NCBI GenBank assembly: GCA_965237955.1
Contig: OZ250169.1
Location: forward strand, 832,001 to 896,000
Direction of reading: 5' to 3'
From: Candidatus Marinacidobacterales bacterium
Lineage (GTDB): Bacteria > Acidobacteriota > Vicinamibacteria > Marinacidobacterales > SMYC01
DNA length: 64,000 nucleotides
The notes below the pieces were generated by a model, which saw only the letters and a list, made by a program, of their open reading frames with translations, ran no database searches and had not been told where the DNA came from. Below are positions 11,958 through 25,200 of the stretch, one piece after another. Every line of letters begins with the position of its first letter. The first letter of the stretch is position 1. Both the position numbers and the translations under genes were made by a program.

Positions 11958-11979
11958 TCGTACGAGATAGTAGTTATTT

Positions 11980-12059
11980 GGTACTTTCGAGTGAACGAAC
12001 GATTTCGGTCACTCCCCGATGACCTCCGCCCACGCGGGCGGTGCCATTGCTGTCAAGTT
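11980..12059 (+). repeat. ~80-bp double-hairpin dispersed repeat
   Basis: Essentially identical to 13768-13845, 54860-54939 and 60130-60209. Confidence 0.85.
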
Positions 12060-12394
12060 TTCCGCGGCCTGACGGCCACCGTGTCCTGTGCCAAAGCTCG
12101 GCCCAGCCGGTATCGACGAAAGAACTGCGCCTCTCAAAATCAGGCGAAACTCCAGCACACGAACAGGTTACGCGGCGGCTACCAACACTTGACTGCGGAA
12201 GCACCTTCGAGCGGCCTTCACGAGCTTCTCCAGGATGCCATCGCTGTCCTCGTATTGGAGGGTCAGGCGATGCCGCTCTACGTCTTCACCCGTCTTGGGA
12301 TCCGAATAGGCGTCGGAGAGTTGCGCCTCAAGGACGCGGGTGGGCTTATCACCGGCTTCGCTCAGGGCGTCACGAGCCGCACACAGCACAACGT

Positions 12395-13734
12395 CGTAGT
12401 GTGCCAAAACTCGATCAACGCCGGATGCTGAGTGTTGGCAGGTCGTTGAAGCGTCCAGGAGCAAGCCCGCCGGACTCAATGGGCGGCTAGAATCCGGACC
12501 CATGCAACCGTACCTATGGCAGTTCTTCGTCATGGCCTTCGCCGGATGGGTCAACCGGTTCCAACAGGACGCGATCGAATACCTGAAAGAAGAGAATCGC
12601 GTTCTTCGGGAACAACTGGGTGGACGCCGACTACGTTTTACCGATGCGCAGCGGCGGCGGCTCGCGGCGAAGGCGAGGACGTTGGGTAGGGATGGCCGGA
12701 AGGAAATCGCGGATCTCGTGACGCCCGATACCTTGTTGCGCTGGTACAAAAAACTGATCGCGAAAAAGTACGACGGGAGCCAGCGCCGCGGGCCAGGACG
12801 GCCTCGTGTGCTGGAAACGATACGCGCACTCGTGGTCAGGATGGCGACCGAGAATTCAACCTGGGGCTATACGAGAATTTGCGGCGCTCTTCGAAATCTC
12901 GGCCATGACGTCGGCCGCAACACCGTAAAGCGCATTCTCGCGGAGCATGGGATCGAGCCCGCGAATGAACGAAGTAAACGAATGCCCTGGAGTACGTTCC
13001 TGAAGGCTCACTGGGGAGCCATAGCTGCGACGGATTTCTTCACCGTTGAAGTGCTGACGTCTCGCGGGCTTGTTCGATACTTCGTGCTCTTCGTGATCGA
13101 CCTCAAGACGCGCCGAGTGGAGATCGCGGGCATCTGTCACCAGCCCTACGACGATTGGATGAGGCAAGTGGCCAGAAACCTGACCGACGCCATTGACGGT
13201 TTTCTTCGAGACGCGCGGTTTCTCATTCACGACCGCGACCCGCTCTTTTCAGCATCATTCTGCGCCACACTCGGTGCTGTCGGCGTGGAGACGGTGAAGC
13301 TGCCGGCGAGGAGTCCGAAATTGAACGCCTACGCCGAACGCTTTGTGCGGTCCATCAAAAGCGAGTGCCTTAGTCGGATGATTCCCTTGGGAGAGAATCA
13401 TCTCCGCGTGAGTATCCGCGCTTTCGTCGCCCATTATCATCTGGAGAGGAATCATCAAGGTCTCGATAACGAGCTCATCTGCTCGGCGCAGGATTCGCTG
13501 GGGTCCGACGGTCGCATCCGATGTCGGGAGCGCCTCGGCGGAACGCTCCGATATTACTATCGAGACGCGGCGTGAGCGGACTTTAACGCCAATATAGTTT
13601 CCCAAGCAGTTTGCCGACGGCTGGCACCCTATCAGAGTTCGCCTCGTTTCCCGACAGCCGTCTCCGCATTCTCAACGCCGAGAATGGCCTTCTAATAATG
13701 ATGGAGTCGCTCGATCGGGTTGTGGCACACAACG
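12395..13734 (+). mobile_element. Complete rve-type IS (1340 bp) with 22-bp IRs
   Basis: CGTAGTGTGCCAAAACTCGATC versus CGTTGTGTGCCACAACCCGATC. No TSD seen. Confidence 0.85.
12502..13575 (+). CDS. Integrase-core (rve) DDE transposase
   Basis: [43 protein letters not shown]. Confidence 0.92.
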   Translation: MQPYLWQFFVMAFAGWVNRFQQDAIEYLKEENRVLREQLGGRRLRFTDAQRRRLAAKARTLGRDGRKEIADLVTPDTLLRWYKKLIAKKYDGSQRRGPGRPRVLETIRALVVRMATENSTWGYTRICGALRNLGHDVGRNTVKRILAEHGIEPANERSKRMPWSTFLKAHWGAIAATDFFTVEVLTSRGLVRYFVLFVIDLKTRRVEIAGICHQPYDDWMRQVARNLTDAIDGFLRDARFLIHDRDPLFSASFCATLGAVGVETVKLPARSPKLNAYAERFVRSIKSECLSRMIPLGENHLRVSIRAFVAHYHLERNHQGLDNELICSAQDSLGSDGRIRCRERLGGTLRYYYRDAA

Positions 13735-13974
13735 CCCGTGGAGCAAAGGGGCCCTGCTGCACACAAGGGTACTTTCGAGTGAACGAACGATTTCGGTCAC
13801 TCCCCGATGACCTCCGCCCACGCGGGCGGTGCCATTGCTGTCAAGAAGCGAGACCAGGAAGATTTGTGGCGAGACAAATGTGCTCATCGCAAGCATCGTA
13901 GCGGAAGTCACTTACGGCTGCGGAAGATGACCGGCTGAGTTTTTGCACCATAGGAGCGGCACAGCGGCATCCAG

Positions 13975-14170
13975 TGCTCACGCACGAAATGGAGTTCGGA
14001 TGAGATGGGGACGTTTGCCTTCCTCGAAATGACACTCGGTCGCATCCCGTACGGCCGGACGCTGTTCCTCCCACAGTGTCTGCCTCGGTGAAGATCGGAA
14101 CCGACAAGGCTTGCGCTTCGTAGCCGCCTTCTGGCGATTCCTGAACGGAGAAAATGATTTCCTCAGCCAT
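13975..14170 (-). pseudogene. HicB-like antitoxin, frameshifted
   Basis: MAEEIIFSVQESPEGGYEAQA..IFTEADT continues in another frame as WEEQR.AVRDA.ECHFEEG.RP.LIR. Confidence 0.65.
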
Positions 14171-14363
14171 TTCGTCCCCCGCAGCCGATTCTACTGTGTC
14201 TAGTATCTACCCCGATCTGGCCTACCGCGCCGGCGACGAAGTCCGCGCTCAAGCCGACCGGAACGTCATTGCCGTCGTGAATGTACGCTGTGCCGTCTTT
14301 CCGCGAATATCGAAGTCCAATACTGCGGAGGTATCAGACCGATGCCGCACCTGCTTAGCCGTT

Positions 14364-14972
14364 CTAAGGAGATTTGGATAGGTGCTCTTCGTAGTAAGCG
14401 AGAGCGCTCCTAAATCCCTGAAGGAGGACTTCTTCCTTCTCCTGAAACAGGGCCTCAGGACTGAGGAACACTCTTTCCGTCGCATCATAGAGGAGGTCTT
14501 CAATCTTTCCTAACGCAAGCTTGTTCTCAAGCGTGCGTTTCACGACGTCGTTGATGAGTAGTTCGGATCGAGTACTTGGACGGACATGAAATACGGCGTT
14601 TCTGACCTTCCTCATACTGTCGAGGAGGCCGCTGCCCCTGACTGCATCGAGCTCTTCGTCAAGTTCGTCATAGCGCAATGCGGGGTTGACTTCAACGAGC
14701 GTCTTGTAGAAGCAAACTGCCGTATACAGAAGAGCTACGTGGGTGCAGATCGCCGCCTTCGAGCAATACATCGACAGTTGACGGAGATCCTTCTCAGTCA
14801 ACTGTTCAGGGATTGTCGCCTTTAGTTCTTCCTCAATCGCTGCCAGCTGGCCGCCAGCTCTGCCGCCTTCGAAAATGATCGATATCGAGCGCAGGTATGC
14901 CAGCGCCAACCTCAAGGCCTGAAAGGAGTTCAGTGAGCGCAATACGATTCCGGACCTATCTGACTTGGTCAC
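14364..14972 (-). CDS. Hypothetical alpha-helical protein with HEPN-like RNAVFH motif
   Basis: 202-aa ORF with an R-x4-H motif. Overlaps the upstream paralog. Confidence 0.6.
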   Translation of the reverse strand: MTKSDRSGIVLRSLNSFQALRLALAYLRSISIIFEGGRAGGQLAAIEEELKATIPEQLTEKDLRQLSMYCSKAAICTHVALLYTAVCFYKTLVEVNPALRYDELDEELDAVRGSGLLDSMRKVRNAVFHVRPSTRSELLINDVVKRTLENKLALGKIEDLLYDATERVFLSPEALFQEKEEVLLQGFRSALAYYEEHLSKSP

Positions 14973-15576
14973 CCAATTGCCCCAAAAACTTAGCCGCCAG
15001 CTTCACTAGGCGATTCACCATTTCTTGTGGATAGGCGTTACCCGGTGCACCACCAGCCGAGAAGAGCATCTCCATCGCGCTATCGGGTTGTCTAGAACCT
15101 CCCGGATGTAGCACCCAATCCCTCAAATTCCTTGTGGCCTCAAGACCGGCACTATTCTCCTCGATGTAGCGGTCCAGGTCGGCAAACACGAGATCGGGGT
15201 GCTGGTTCCTCAAGTATCGATACCTGTCGAGGAAAGCCCACGCGACACAGAAAAACAGTTGCATCGGGCCCCAAGCATACAGGTCAAGCTCTCGGTTCGC
15301 GTCCCAGAGCATACGAGCTTTGGGGTCTATCGACGCCTCTTGACGTACGGACTGCCTAACAGCGTGCAACATATCCTCCTGAGACGTCTTCTTGGCACGT
15401 TGGTCTTGAATCGCGTCGATATACTTTCTCATGCGAAGATTCGAGACTATGGCAAGGCCGCGCAGTAACTCGTAGTGCGACAGCATTGCTGCCTGTTCTC
15501 TTTTGAGTTGCTTCATTCGCTGTCTATCGGTGAGCGGCACCATCAAACGAGTAGCGTAGTAGGGCCGTTGGGGCAC
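14956..15576 (-). CDS. Hypothetical alpha-helical protein with HEPN-like RDWVLH motif
   Basis: 206-aa ORF with an R-x4-H motif in a context similar to the downstream gene. Confidence 0.6.
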   Translation of the reverse strand: MPQRPYYATRLMVPLTDRQRMKQLKREQAAMLSHYELLRGLAIVSNLRMRKYIDAIQDQRAKKTSQEDMLHAVRQSVRQEASIDPKARMLWDANRELDLYAWGPMQLFFCVAWAFLDRYRYLRNQHPDLVFADLDRYIEENSAGLEATRNLRDWVLHPGGSRQPDSAMEMLFSAGGAPGNAYPQEMVNRLVKLAAKFLGQLGDQVR

Positions 15577-15994
15577 GTCAAGGCAAGGCGAAGGCCGACG
15601 GTGTGCTTTCTATTTATTCATCCGCGCACACCGAACTTTAGTCTCCGGGCTTGTGCTCTGCAAAAAGTCTATCCATCGTTGATTGCGCGTTTGAGACCTG
15701 CTGTAGTCGGCTGCTTCTGGCCGATCTTCTTTTTTGCGGATCACAGCTGGCCCCGATGGCCTCCGTTGCCACACCCGCTACGCTTCTGCGCTTGATGGCC
15801 CGGTCATCGCAGGGGCGTTCTTGACTCCTGGCTCGTGGAAAGGTCCGGATGGCTTCGGTCGCCCCCACTCGAGCCTGCCGACTGCGATAGCCGGAAAGGT
15901 ATTCGCGTCTACGAAACGTCCGCCAGTGAGGCGTAAGACCGTTCGCGACAATGAGTAACGGTCGGGGAGCCGCCGCCGGAGAGTTTACGACACG

Positions 15995-17330
<1,336 letters not shown>

Positions 17331-17914
17331 AACGAAGGGCTGCGCCGCCGGGGCGATTTGACAGTCTGGTTTGACGAAGAGGCAATCGCGAACTGGAAGG
17401 CCGACAAGAGCGGTAAGCCTGGCGGTCAACGGGTCTATTCAGAGATGGCGATTGAAACGGGCCTGGTTGTCCGGATGGTGTACAAGCTTGCCTACCGCCA
17501 AACCGAAGGCTTCTTGCACTCGATCGCCTCGCTTCTCCGGCTGTGTATCGAGATCCCGTCCTGTGCCAAAACTCGGCCTTTTTGAAATAGCCCATAAATC
17601 AGCAGCTTAGTGTCTGTGTTTGCGACCGGGCCAAGGGCACCATCGCCAATATTCTGCGAGAACATGGCATCGAGCCCGCGCCGGAGCGAAGTGAGCGAAC
17701 GCCATGGCGCACGTTTCTCGCCGCCCATTGGGAAACCGTTGCTGCGACCGACTTCTTCACCGTCGAGGTCGCCACAGTTCGCAGGCTCGTGACCTACTAT
17801 GTGCTCGTCGTAGAGACGAGAGCGCGAACAAACGACGAAATCATACCAGCATGGTCCCAGCAGACCGGAGACTAATCAAGTTCCGGTGCGCACGGATGAA
17901 TAAATAGAAGGTAC
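17331..17914. mobile_element. Mosaic of IS903-group and rve IS fragments and ends
   Basis: 17331-17556 matches the IS903-type A transposase. Long-IR end at 17557. rve fragments follow, then a CGGATGAATAAATAGAAGGTACA end. Confidence 0.75.
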
Positions 17915-17992
17915 AACTCCTAAGGAGACGGAAGCGTGCGGGCCGAAGGCCACAACCCGGACCACCGCATTGATGAGCTAGAGAGACGAGCT

Positions 17993-19981
17993 TCACTCGG
18001 GCTCCTTCTTGAACAGACGAGCCGCAGCTTCAAGCGCTTCTCGATCGCCCACCAGCACGACCGCATCTCCGGCACGGAAGCCGAACGCCGGATCGCGTCG
18101 GTAGAGGGCTTTTCCCGAGCGCACGACGGCGATGACGATCGCCCCGGTGACTCTCCGCAAGTTCAGCGAGGTGGAATTCTCGCCGAGTGCCGCGGCCCCG
18201 TCCTCGACTTCGACGACGTCGAGCGCTCCGTGGATGCCGAGGTGGCGCAGCGCGTCGAGCTTCAGGTCGGCGAGAGAGCCTTCCCGAAGCACCCTATAGT
18301 GCTCGTTGCGAACCGCATCCAGCTCACGATGGATGGTGTTGGTCGGAATTTCGTAGAACTCCAGAATACGGGCGAACAGCTCGAGCGTTGCCTCGAACTC
18401 CTCGACCACGACTTCCGTTGCGCCGAGACGCATGAGCTCGTCGATCGCCGCCACGTACCGGGTGCGCACCAGGATGCGTGCCGAGGGATTGAGTCGGTGC
18501 GCGTTCGCGACGCCCCGGCGCTCCTGCGTCGGATCGGCGATGGCGAAGACCACCGCCCGCGCGTTGGTGATCCCGACTTTCTCCAGTACGGCCTGTCGCG
18601 TTCCATCGCCAAAAAGGACACGATCTCCCTCCTCTCGCCCTCGGCGTACCGCCTCGCCGTTCTGTTCGAGAACCACGTAGGTGAGACCGGCGGCGCGAAG
18701 GACACGGGCCAGGTGCTGTCCGCTCAAGCCGTAGCCCACGATGATGGCGTGGTCGTGGAGGTTGGCGAGCTCCACCTGCTCCGCGGGGTCGAGCGAGACT
18801 TCCGGGATACGCAACAACCGGGACAGTCGCTCCGTCACCGGTCGAGCCCCCGCGACGAGAAAAGGCGTCAGCATCATCGTCAGCACCGACGACGCGATGA
18901 ACAGTTGATAGTGATGGTCGACGAAGAGGTCCAGCGGGGCGGCGACGCTTGCGAGAATAAAAGAGAACTCTCCCACCTGAGCCAGAGAGATCCCGCTGAT
19001 CAGACTGGTCCGAAAGCCACGCCTCAAGGTGAGCACCGCACCGGTGGTCATCGCGATCTTGAGGAGCAGAATCGCAACGGCCGCACCCAAAACGAGGACC
19101 GGCCGAGAGCCCACGAATCCGATATCGAGAAGCATGCCGACCGAGATGAAGAAAATCCCGCTGAACGTGTCTCGAAAAGGGCGAACGTCCGAAACGGCCT
19201 GGAGTCCATACTCCGATTCTGAGATCACCAGCCCCGCGAGGAAGGTTCCGAGCGCAAGGGATAGACCGAAACTCGCGGTCACGAACGCGGCTCCGACTCC
19301 GACGAACGCAACGCATAACGTAAAGAGCTCCCTGTTCTTCAAGAGGACGACTCGATCCAGGATCCAAGGAACGGCGACCCGTCCCGCCAGCATCAGGACG
19401 GCCACCACCAGCAGGCTCGTCGCAACCTCCGCCCAGAGGCCCACCAGTGGACCCGAGCCCACCTGCGCGAAGACGGGAACGAGGAGCATCAACGGCACCA
19501 CGCAGATGTCTTGAAAGAGCAGGATCGACACCACCACGCGCCCCGGCGGGCTATCCAGCTCGACTCGGTCCGCGTAGAGCTTCAGAACGATCGCCGTCGA
19601 GGAAAGAGCAACGAGCGATCCGTAGAACATCGCACGATTCCAGGGAGCCTCAAGCCACACGCTCACCGCGATCGCCGCCGCGACGAGGGTGCCCGCCACC
19701 TGCAGAACCCCTCCCTGGAGCACGAGGCGCCCCAGTCGGACAATCCGAGTCACAGAGAATTCGAGTCCGATGGTGAAGAGGAGAAGCATCACGCCGAGCT
19801 CCGCCAGTGAGCTCACCGTCTCGGGTCGGGAAATGAGTGCAAACCCGTGCGGTCCGATCGCCAGCCCTGCGAGGAGAAACCCTGCGACCGTGGGGAGTCG
19901 GGCGCGGTGTGCGAGGGCCGCTACCGGGATCGCGACCGCCAGCAGGATCACGAGGTCACGGAGGACGGTCAGTTCGTGCAT
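17993..19981 (-). CDS. CPA2/Kef-type cation:proton antiporter with TrkA_N and TrkA_C domains
   Basis: LAELGVMLLLFTIGLE, ALSSTAIV, LLFQD, QVGEFSF, IIVGYG..G, FGDGTR. Confidence 0.92.
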   Translation of the reverse strand: MHELTVLRDLVILLAVAIPVAALAHRARLPTVAGFLLAGLAIGPHGFALISRPETVSSLAELGVMLLLFTIGLEFSVTRIVRLGRLVLQGGVLQVAGTLVAAAIAVSVWLEAPWNRAMFYGSLVALSSTAIVLKLYADRVELDSPPGRVVVSILLFQDICVVPLMLLVPVFAQVGSGPLVGLWAEVATSLLVVAVLMLAGRVAVPWILDRVVLLKNRELFTLCVAFVGVGAAFVTASFGLSLALGTFLAGLVISESEYGLQAVSDVRPFRDTFSGIFFISVGMLLDIGFVGSRPVLVLGAAVAILLLKIAMTTGAVLTLRRGFRTSLISGISLAQVGEFSFILASVAAPLDLFVDHHYQLFIASSVLTMMLTPFLVAGARPVTERLSRLLRIPEVSLDPAEQVELANLHDHAIIVGYGLSGQHLARVLRAAGLTYVVLEQNGEAVRRGREEGDRVLFGDGTRQAVLEKVGITNARAVVFAIADPTQERRGVANAHRLNPSARILVRTRYVAAIDELMRLGATEVVVEEFEATLELFARILEFYEIPTNTIHRELDAVRNEHYRVLREGSLADLKLDALRHLGIHGALDVVEVEDGAAALGENSTSLNLRRVTGAIVIAVVRSGKALYRRDPAFGFRAGDAVVLVGDREALEAAARLFKKEPE

Positions 19982-20149
19982 GCGAAAGATCGAAGTCTAC
20001 CTCTCCCCCGTCCTGTGCCAAAACTCGGCCCAGTCGGCATCGACGAAAAACCACGCCTCTCGAAATCAGGCGTAACTCTAGCACACGAACAGGTTACGCG
20101 GCGGCCACCAACACTTGACTGCGGAAGCACCTTCGAGCGCGCAGCCGGA

Positions 20150-20438
20150 CGGTAAGGTCAGGGCAAGGGCAACAACTCCCTCGAATCCTTCACCATCATC
20201 ACGACGACGGCCTCTCCAGAGCTTGCCGACATTCACCATCGACAGCCCGCAATCATCGCTCCCGACCGTTTCGACGACTGGCTCGACCCAACATCGCCGA
20301 TGCTAAGGCTACTCGACTTGGTACGTGAACCCTATGGCGGCCCTTAACGAGAAGCGTGCCGTTAGCACCAGAGTGAACAGCGTTCGGAACGACGACCCAG
20401 ACATTCTTGCCCCCAGGTCGGAGATGGGACTCTTTTGA
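20150..20438 (+). pseudogene. SOS response-associated peptidase (SRAP/YedK), C-terminal remnant
   Basis: ESFTIITT.A...ADIHHRQP.I, DWLDP, VSTRVNSVRNDD, with frameshifts. Second partial copy at 36443-36586. Confidence 0.75.
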
Positions 20439-20499
20439 CCGGCAGGGAAGAAACCATCCGTGCGGTCAAATGGAATCCCTCACGTGCTGCTCGTGACAT

Positions 20500-20683
20500 T
20501 TCCCTGTTCGCTCATCTCAATTCCCTGTTCGCCTATTTCAAATTCCCTGTTAGGTCATCTTAAATTCCCTGTTCTTTCGGAACAGGGAATTGCCATCTAA
20601 CCATTTGAAATACCGATGGTTACCACGTGAAAAAATGGCTCGATCAGCCTCAAAATGGCCCAAATTCCCTGTTTTTCCCTGTT
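20500..20683 (+). repeat. TTCCCTGTT repeat array
   Basis: Copies start at 20500, 20521, 20543, 20565, 20665 and 20675, with an inverted copy at 20581. Confidence 0.85.
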
Positions 20684-20698
20684 ATTGATGGCTGCTAG

Positions 20699-21020
20699 CC
20701 GAGACCGGATAGCTCCGAACTGCACCATCCGCCACCTAGTCTGGCCAATTGTGGCACTGCAGAGACGGGTTGGATTTTCCGCGCGGTTTGCGGGGTTTTG
20801 CAGGGGTAGGTGTCACCAGAGACGCGCTAGAAGGGCTCAACGGGCCTCATTTTCGGTTTTCGTCTCTAATCCCGATTTTCGAGTGCCACGTTTGCGCCAA
20901 AGGGGGGGAGCGGGTCGCCGACAGGGCCGTGCAGCGTCGGAAAAGAGGCCGCCCGAGGGGTCCAGAATCAAGGCCAGGGCTACCGCGGCGTAGCCGGCTA
21001 GCACGTTCTGGTCCAGGTCT
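20699..21020 (+). repeat. Non-coding ~320-bp repeat shared with 41900-42220 (terminus of serine-recombinase element, inferred)
   Basis: Colinear similarity beginning CCGAGACCGGAT..CTGCACCATCCGCCA. Partial copy at 34552-34665. Confidence 0.7.
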
Positions 21021-21501
21021 CCGCCCGGGAGCGTGGCATCGCGTTGCTGGACGGTGTTTTTGCTGCGCGTACGGGGACCCCGAATCGCCGACATCGCCTC
21101 CGACACGCCCCAGATCTGGGGCTCGCCATGGGTCGATGACGATCGAAACGGCCCGGCGCGCCAGTCTTGAGTTCGTTTGTGTTTTTGGACAGGACGGGCA
21201 CTCCCAAAGGAAACGGGGAGAAACAGATAGGCCGCGCCTACGGAGCACCGCGCCAGCCCTCGACCCTACCGGGTTCGCTGGCAATCAGCCAATCCCCAAG
21301 CTCGGCGCTCATGACGCCGCTTGATGGTCTTGACGACGTTCATGCTCGGTGCGACCCGATTGGGTACGAACTTCTCTTCGGAGAAACGGTTCTTCACTTG
21401 GACCCTCCCACTGGAGCTTCAGTCTATGCGACTTCCTTCAGCTGTGTTTGGGCCAGTTTTTGGCGGGCACACCACGGGCATCGCCTCGATGAAACGAGAT
21501 G

Positions 21502-22263
21502 TCATCCCTGGTCTTTTTTGAAATGATTCGCTCGATGCCATGCGAGCCGTTTCCGGTGCTCTTCTGTCAAGGGAATGGGATGATGCCAGCGCAGCTCGGT
21601 TCGTGCCGGCTCGCTCAGTGCAGGCGAGAACTCTGGTCTCCCGTCGTCATCGAAGGTTATTAGTCCCCTGTCAAAGGCCGCATCCCAAAGTGCTGAGAGA
21701 AGCAGTCCGTTGTGAATGTTCAGACGTTCGGCGTCGTCGGGGCAGTCCTTCCAGGGAATGATGTGCGAGGCGCGCAGCAAGTCTCGGTCCGTGATTCCGG
21801 TCAAGGGGCAGCGGCCTTGCCAGTAGGTCAGCAGACGGTCGCGAAAGATGTCTTGGCCAATGCGCTGAACGACGAGGCGCTCGGCCTCGGTGGTCTTCGG
21901 CAGGTTGCGGGTTGCGGCGCGGAAGTCTTTGAGCGGGGCTTCGGGCAACGCTACGCCAAGGGCATAGACCTTGGGCAACACTGCATAGAGTTCGGTTAGC
22001 GTGGCGAAGGTATAGCGGGCAAGACCGGGACCGGGCATGCCGGCGCGTGGATGCTCCAGTTCCTCGACGACGCCCGTGTGGTCGAGAGCGAGGAACCAGG
22101 GACCGGAAGGCCCCGTCGCGGAGAGGTAGATGGTCCCCTTCGCAGTCGTGGAGCCGTATCGTGCCCAGCCGGTCTTCTCTTTCATAGGGCGGCGATAGCC
22201 ATTCTGCCAAGCGGCCTTCCGGCATTCCTCAGCGACGACGAAGCCTTGAGGTATTTCGATCAC
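21502..22263 (-). CDS. HNH endonuclease (HNH_2 type)
   Basis: QRIGQ..FR..L..YW.G.CPLTG, LRASHIIPW, NGLLLS..WD.AFDRG. The GTG start overlaps the methylase TGA (GTGA). Confidence 0.9.
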   Translation of the reverse strand: MIEIPQGFVVAEECRKAAWQNGYRRPMKEKTGWARYGSTTAKGTIYLSATGPSGPWFLALDHTGVVEELEHPRAGMPGPGLARYTFATLTELYAVLPKVYALGVALPEAPLKDFRAATRNLPKTTEAERLVVQRIGQDIFRDRLLTYWQGRCPLTGITDRDLLRASHIIPWKDCPDDAERLNIHNGLLLSALWDAAFDRGLITFDDDGRPEFSPALSEPARTELRWHHPIPLTEEHRKRLAWHRANHFKKDQG

Positions 22264-25200
22264 AAATCGAGTTCCGTGAATTGGCCACTCACCTCCATCT
22301 GATCCCACGCGGCGAGGACGAGGCGGCGAGTGCGGTATTCGCCGTATTGGCGGACTTCCTTTTCCTTGAGTACACGGAAAGTTTCCGAGGGATAGTCGGG
22401 GCCCTTCACGTCGGCGGGGTCGAGTATATAGCGCAGCTCGTCGCGGGTCAGACCGTAGGCGCGAGCGTAGAAAGCGTCGAGATCGGCGCGCAAGTAGGCG
22501 CGGCGTTTTTCATCCCAGGCGAAGGGGGGGCCTTCATAGCCGAGGTCCCGGGCGAAGGAAGTCATTGCGTGTGAGGTATAGGTGAGTTCGAGCACCTTTG
22601 GGGTAAGAAAAGTTACGCGCTCTTGCGTGTAGAAGCTAGGAGGGAGAAGCGTAATCTGGCGCATAGTGAAGAACTTAAAGGAAGTGCCCCCAACTTTCTG
22701 GCGTGCAATGAAGTCAGTCACAAGCGAGTTCAAATTCGCATAAAGAGCCGAAACTCTTGAGGTACAGTGGTCCGGAAGCATCAATAAAAACTTGTCGTTG
22801 TAGGCAACGCGCGGAACCAAACAAGCAATCACTGTCCGCTCGTCGGTCGCCCGCGCGATATCACGCCACCCCATCAACCAGCCTCGGGACCAGCCTTTGG
22901 CAATGAGGCGCTCGTTCACTTCAGTATCCGGCACCCAATAACGGGGGGCGGGCTCGCAGGTCGGACGCTGCTTTTCCGTCTGGCCAAGGTTGGCCGAGCT
23001 TTCGCCGTCCTCGTCATAGCCCGCCCAGCGATGATCGAATTGATGGATCATCTTCGCCTCGTAGAGCGGTACATAGCGCATGGCGCGAGGCCCACTGTCC
23101 GAAAGCGGCAGGCTGCCGCCGTCAATCTTGTCACCTGCCCGCGCGCCTTGTGAGGGGCGCTGAGCGGAGCAAACCCAATCGGTGCCTTCGCGCACAAACC
23201 CCGCTTCTGCTAGCTCCCGTGCAGTGCGGAACAGGGAGGAATCGTTGGACATGTCGAACAGTCGCGCGAAGCTCACGCCCCACGGGTTACCTTGCTTCCC
23301 CTTGGATTCGTCGATGAGTATCGGGGCGTTGGCGTAGATCTTTGCCGTCAGTTCCGCATCGGTGCGGGAGCGGAAGATGGGTACCGTACGGGTGTTGGGG
23401 TTGATCGCCGCGATCTGCTCTGGGCTAAGGGGAAAGTTTCGCTCCGGTTCTGCCAGTTGCGCCGGGTCGGTCAGGAAGAAAGCAAATCGGGCGGCGCCTT
23501 CGTTCCGTCCAAGAGTCAGCAGACTAAACTTTATCCTGCTGTCTATTGGGAACAATCGATCGCGGTTCTCGAAATCCACCAGTTGTGCGAGCCGCCGCTC
23601 TTCGACCAACGCGGCGAAGAATGCCGCGGTGGTGGCATCGGTGGCGATACCAGTGGGTACGATCACCCCGGCGCGATCACGCGTGAGGCGTGAGAACAAC
23701 TCGGCAAACAGCGCATAGGTGTTCACGTCACCCCGCCCGGTCAGGACGAATCGTCCTCCTTCGTCGTCGGGGATGCGCACGAATTCGCTGGTCGCCTCGG
23801 CCTGGTGTTTAGCGTCGATGAAGGCAGCATGTAAGGCATGCTCGGTACTGTCTTTGGGAGCTATTTCCAGCGCCTTGATCAGCCGTGCGCGCGCGGCCTT
23901 ATTCTGGGCACCCGCGATCTCCGGCGAACGGGCGGCGAAGAATTCCTGCTCCTGCAGCTTTATCCGTTCCCACGGAGGGTTGCCCAGGACCACGTCGAAG
24001 CCGTCGCGCGCCATGATGTCGGGGAACTCCAGCGGCCAGTGGAAGGCTCTGGCTTGACGGGCGGCCTCGGGTGCTCCCGTCATGGATTGCCGAATCGTGC
24101 CTTGGCTCAAGGCCAGCCAGACTTCGTCGGTCGTGGGCACAGTGCGTGCCTTGGTGCTCAAGGGCGTGCCCCCGATCTTCGGCAGAAGGAAGGCCCCGAC
24201 ATAGAGGTCCGACGCGGCCCGCGCGCTTGCAAATGCCTCCTTCTCACGCAGTTCTTGAAACCGCGTTGCCTTTGCGCCGATTTGCTCGACCGTGTCTTCG
24301 GGGAGGTTGCGGAAGCCCGAAAAATCCCCCGCCAGCGGCTTTATCGCCGGCAGTACCGCTTGGCCCGTGCTGAAGTCGAACTCGCCTTGGCCTGCCGTCG
24401 CGTCGCGGTTCGCTCTGAGGTAGTACTTCGCGGTGACCTTGTCATCTCCGGTCAACGGCTTGTAGGCAGCATCGGGAATGCCGTCCTCAAGAACCTTTAG
24501 ATCAAAGATACCGAGCAGCGCATCGCCGCAGCGGACCTGCGCGTCGAAGAAGCCGAGGGGCAGACCCGGGTCCACCGTCTCGATCCAGAGCGCTACCTTG
24601 GTGAGCTCTACGGCCATGGGATTGCGGTCGACCCCGTGGATGCAGCATCGCGCGACATCGCGGAGCGCATGGCGGAAATCGGCGAGCGAAGGCGTGCCTT
24701 CGGCCCGGATGCGAGCGAGTCGTGTGGCGATGCGCCTTGCCGCCGCCAGAAGAAAGTGGCCTGAGCCGCACGCTGGGTCGATCACAGAAAGCCTGAGCAA
24801 CGCTTTCGCCGGGTCCTTCGCCTCGGCTTCGATCCGCTCGGGCACGGGGTCGAGCGCGGTGTCGAGGAGTGCTTGAACGAGGCTGTCGGGCGTGTAGTAA
24901 GAGCCGGTAGTCTTGCGCTGATTGCCCTTCTGCTCCGAGACGTCGGAGGCGAAGACCAGCGCGCGGCCATCATCCGCCAGTTGCGGCTGGAGTTCGAGGA
25001 GGGATTCATAGACCGAGCCTAGCTCCTCAGTCTCCATTGCCCGCCAGTTGACCGGCACCATACCGCTTTGGTCGGAAAGCCAGGAGAGTCGATAGACGGC
25101 CTCCATGAAGGCGCTGTTCTGCAGGCGGGCAGAGGCTAGATGCGGCAACTGGTCGGCTCCGAAGAGGCCGCCGAGGGCAGGAAGCGCGAGCGCGTCTTCA

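Noticed and set aside
20500-20590. CRISPR array
   Set aside because: The repeats are only 9-12 bp with 21-22-bp periodicity, and no cas genes are present.
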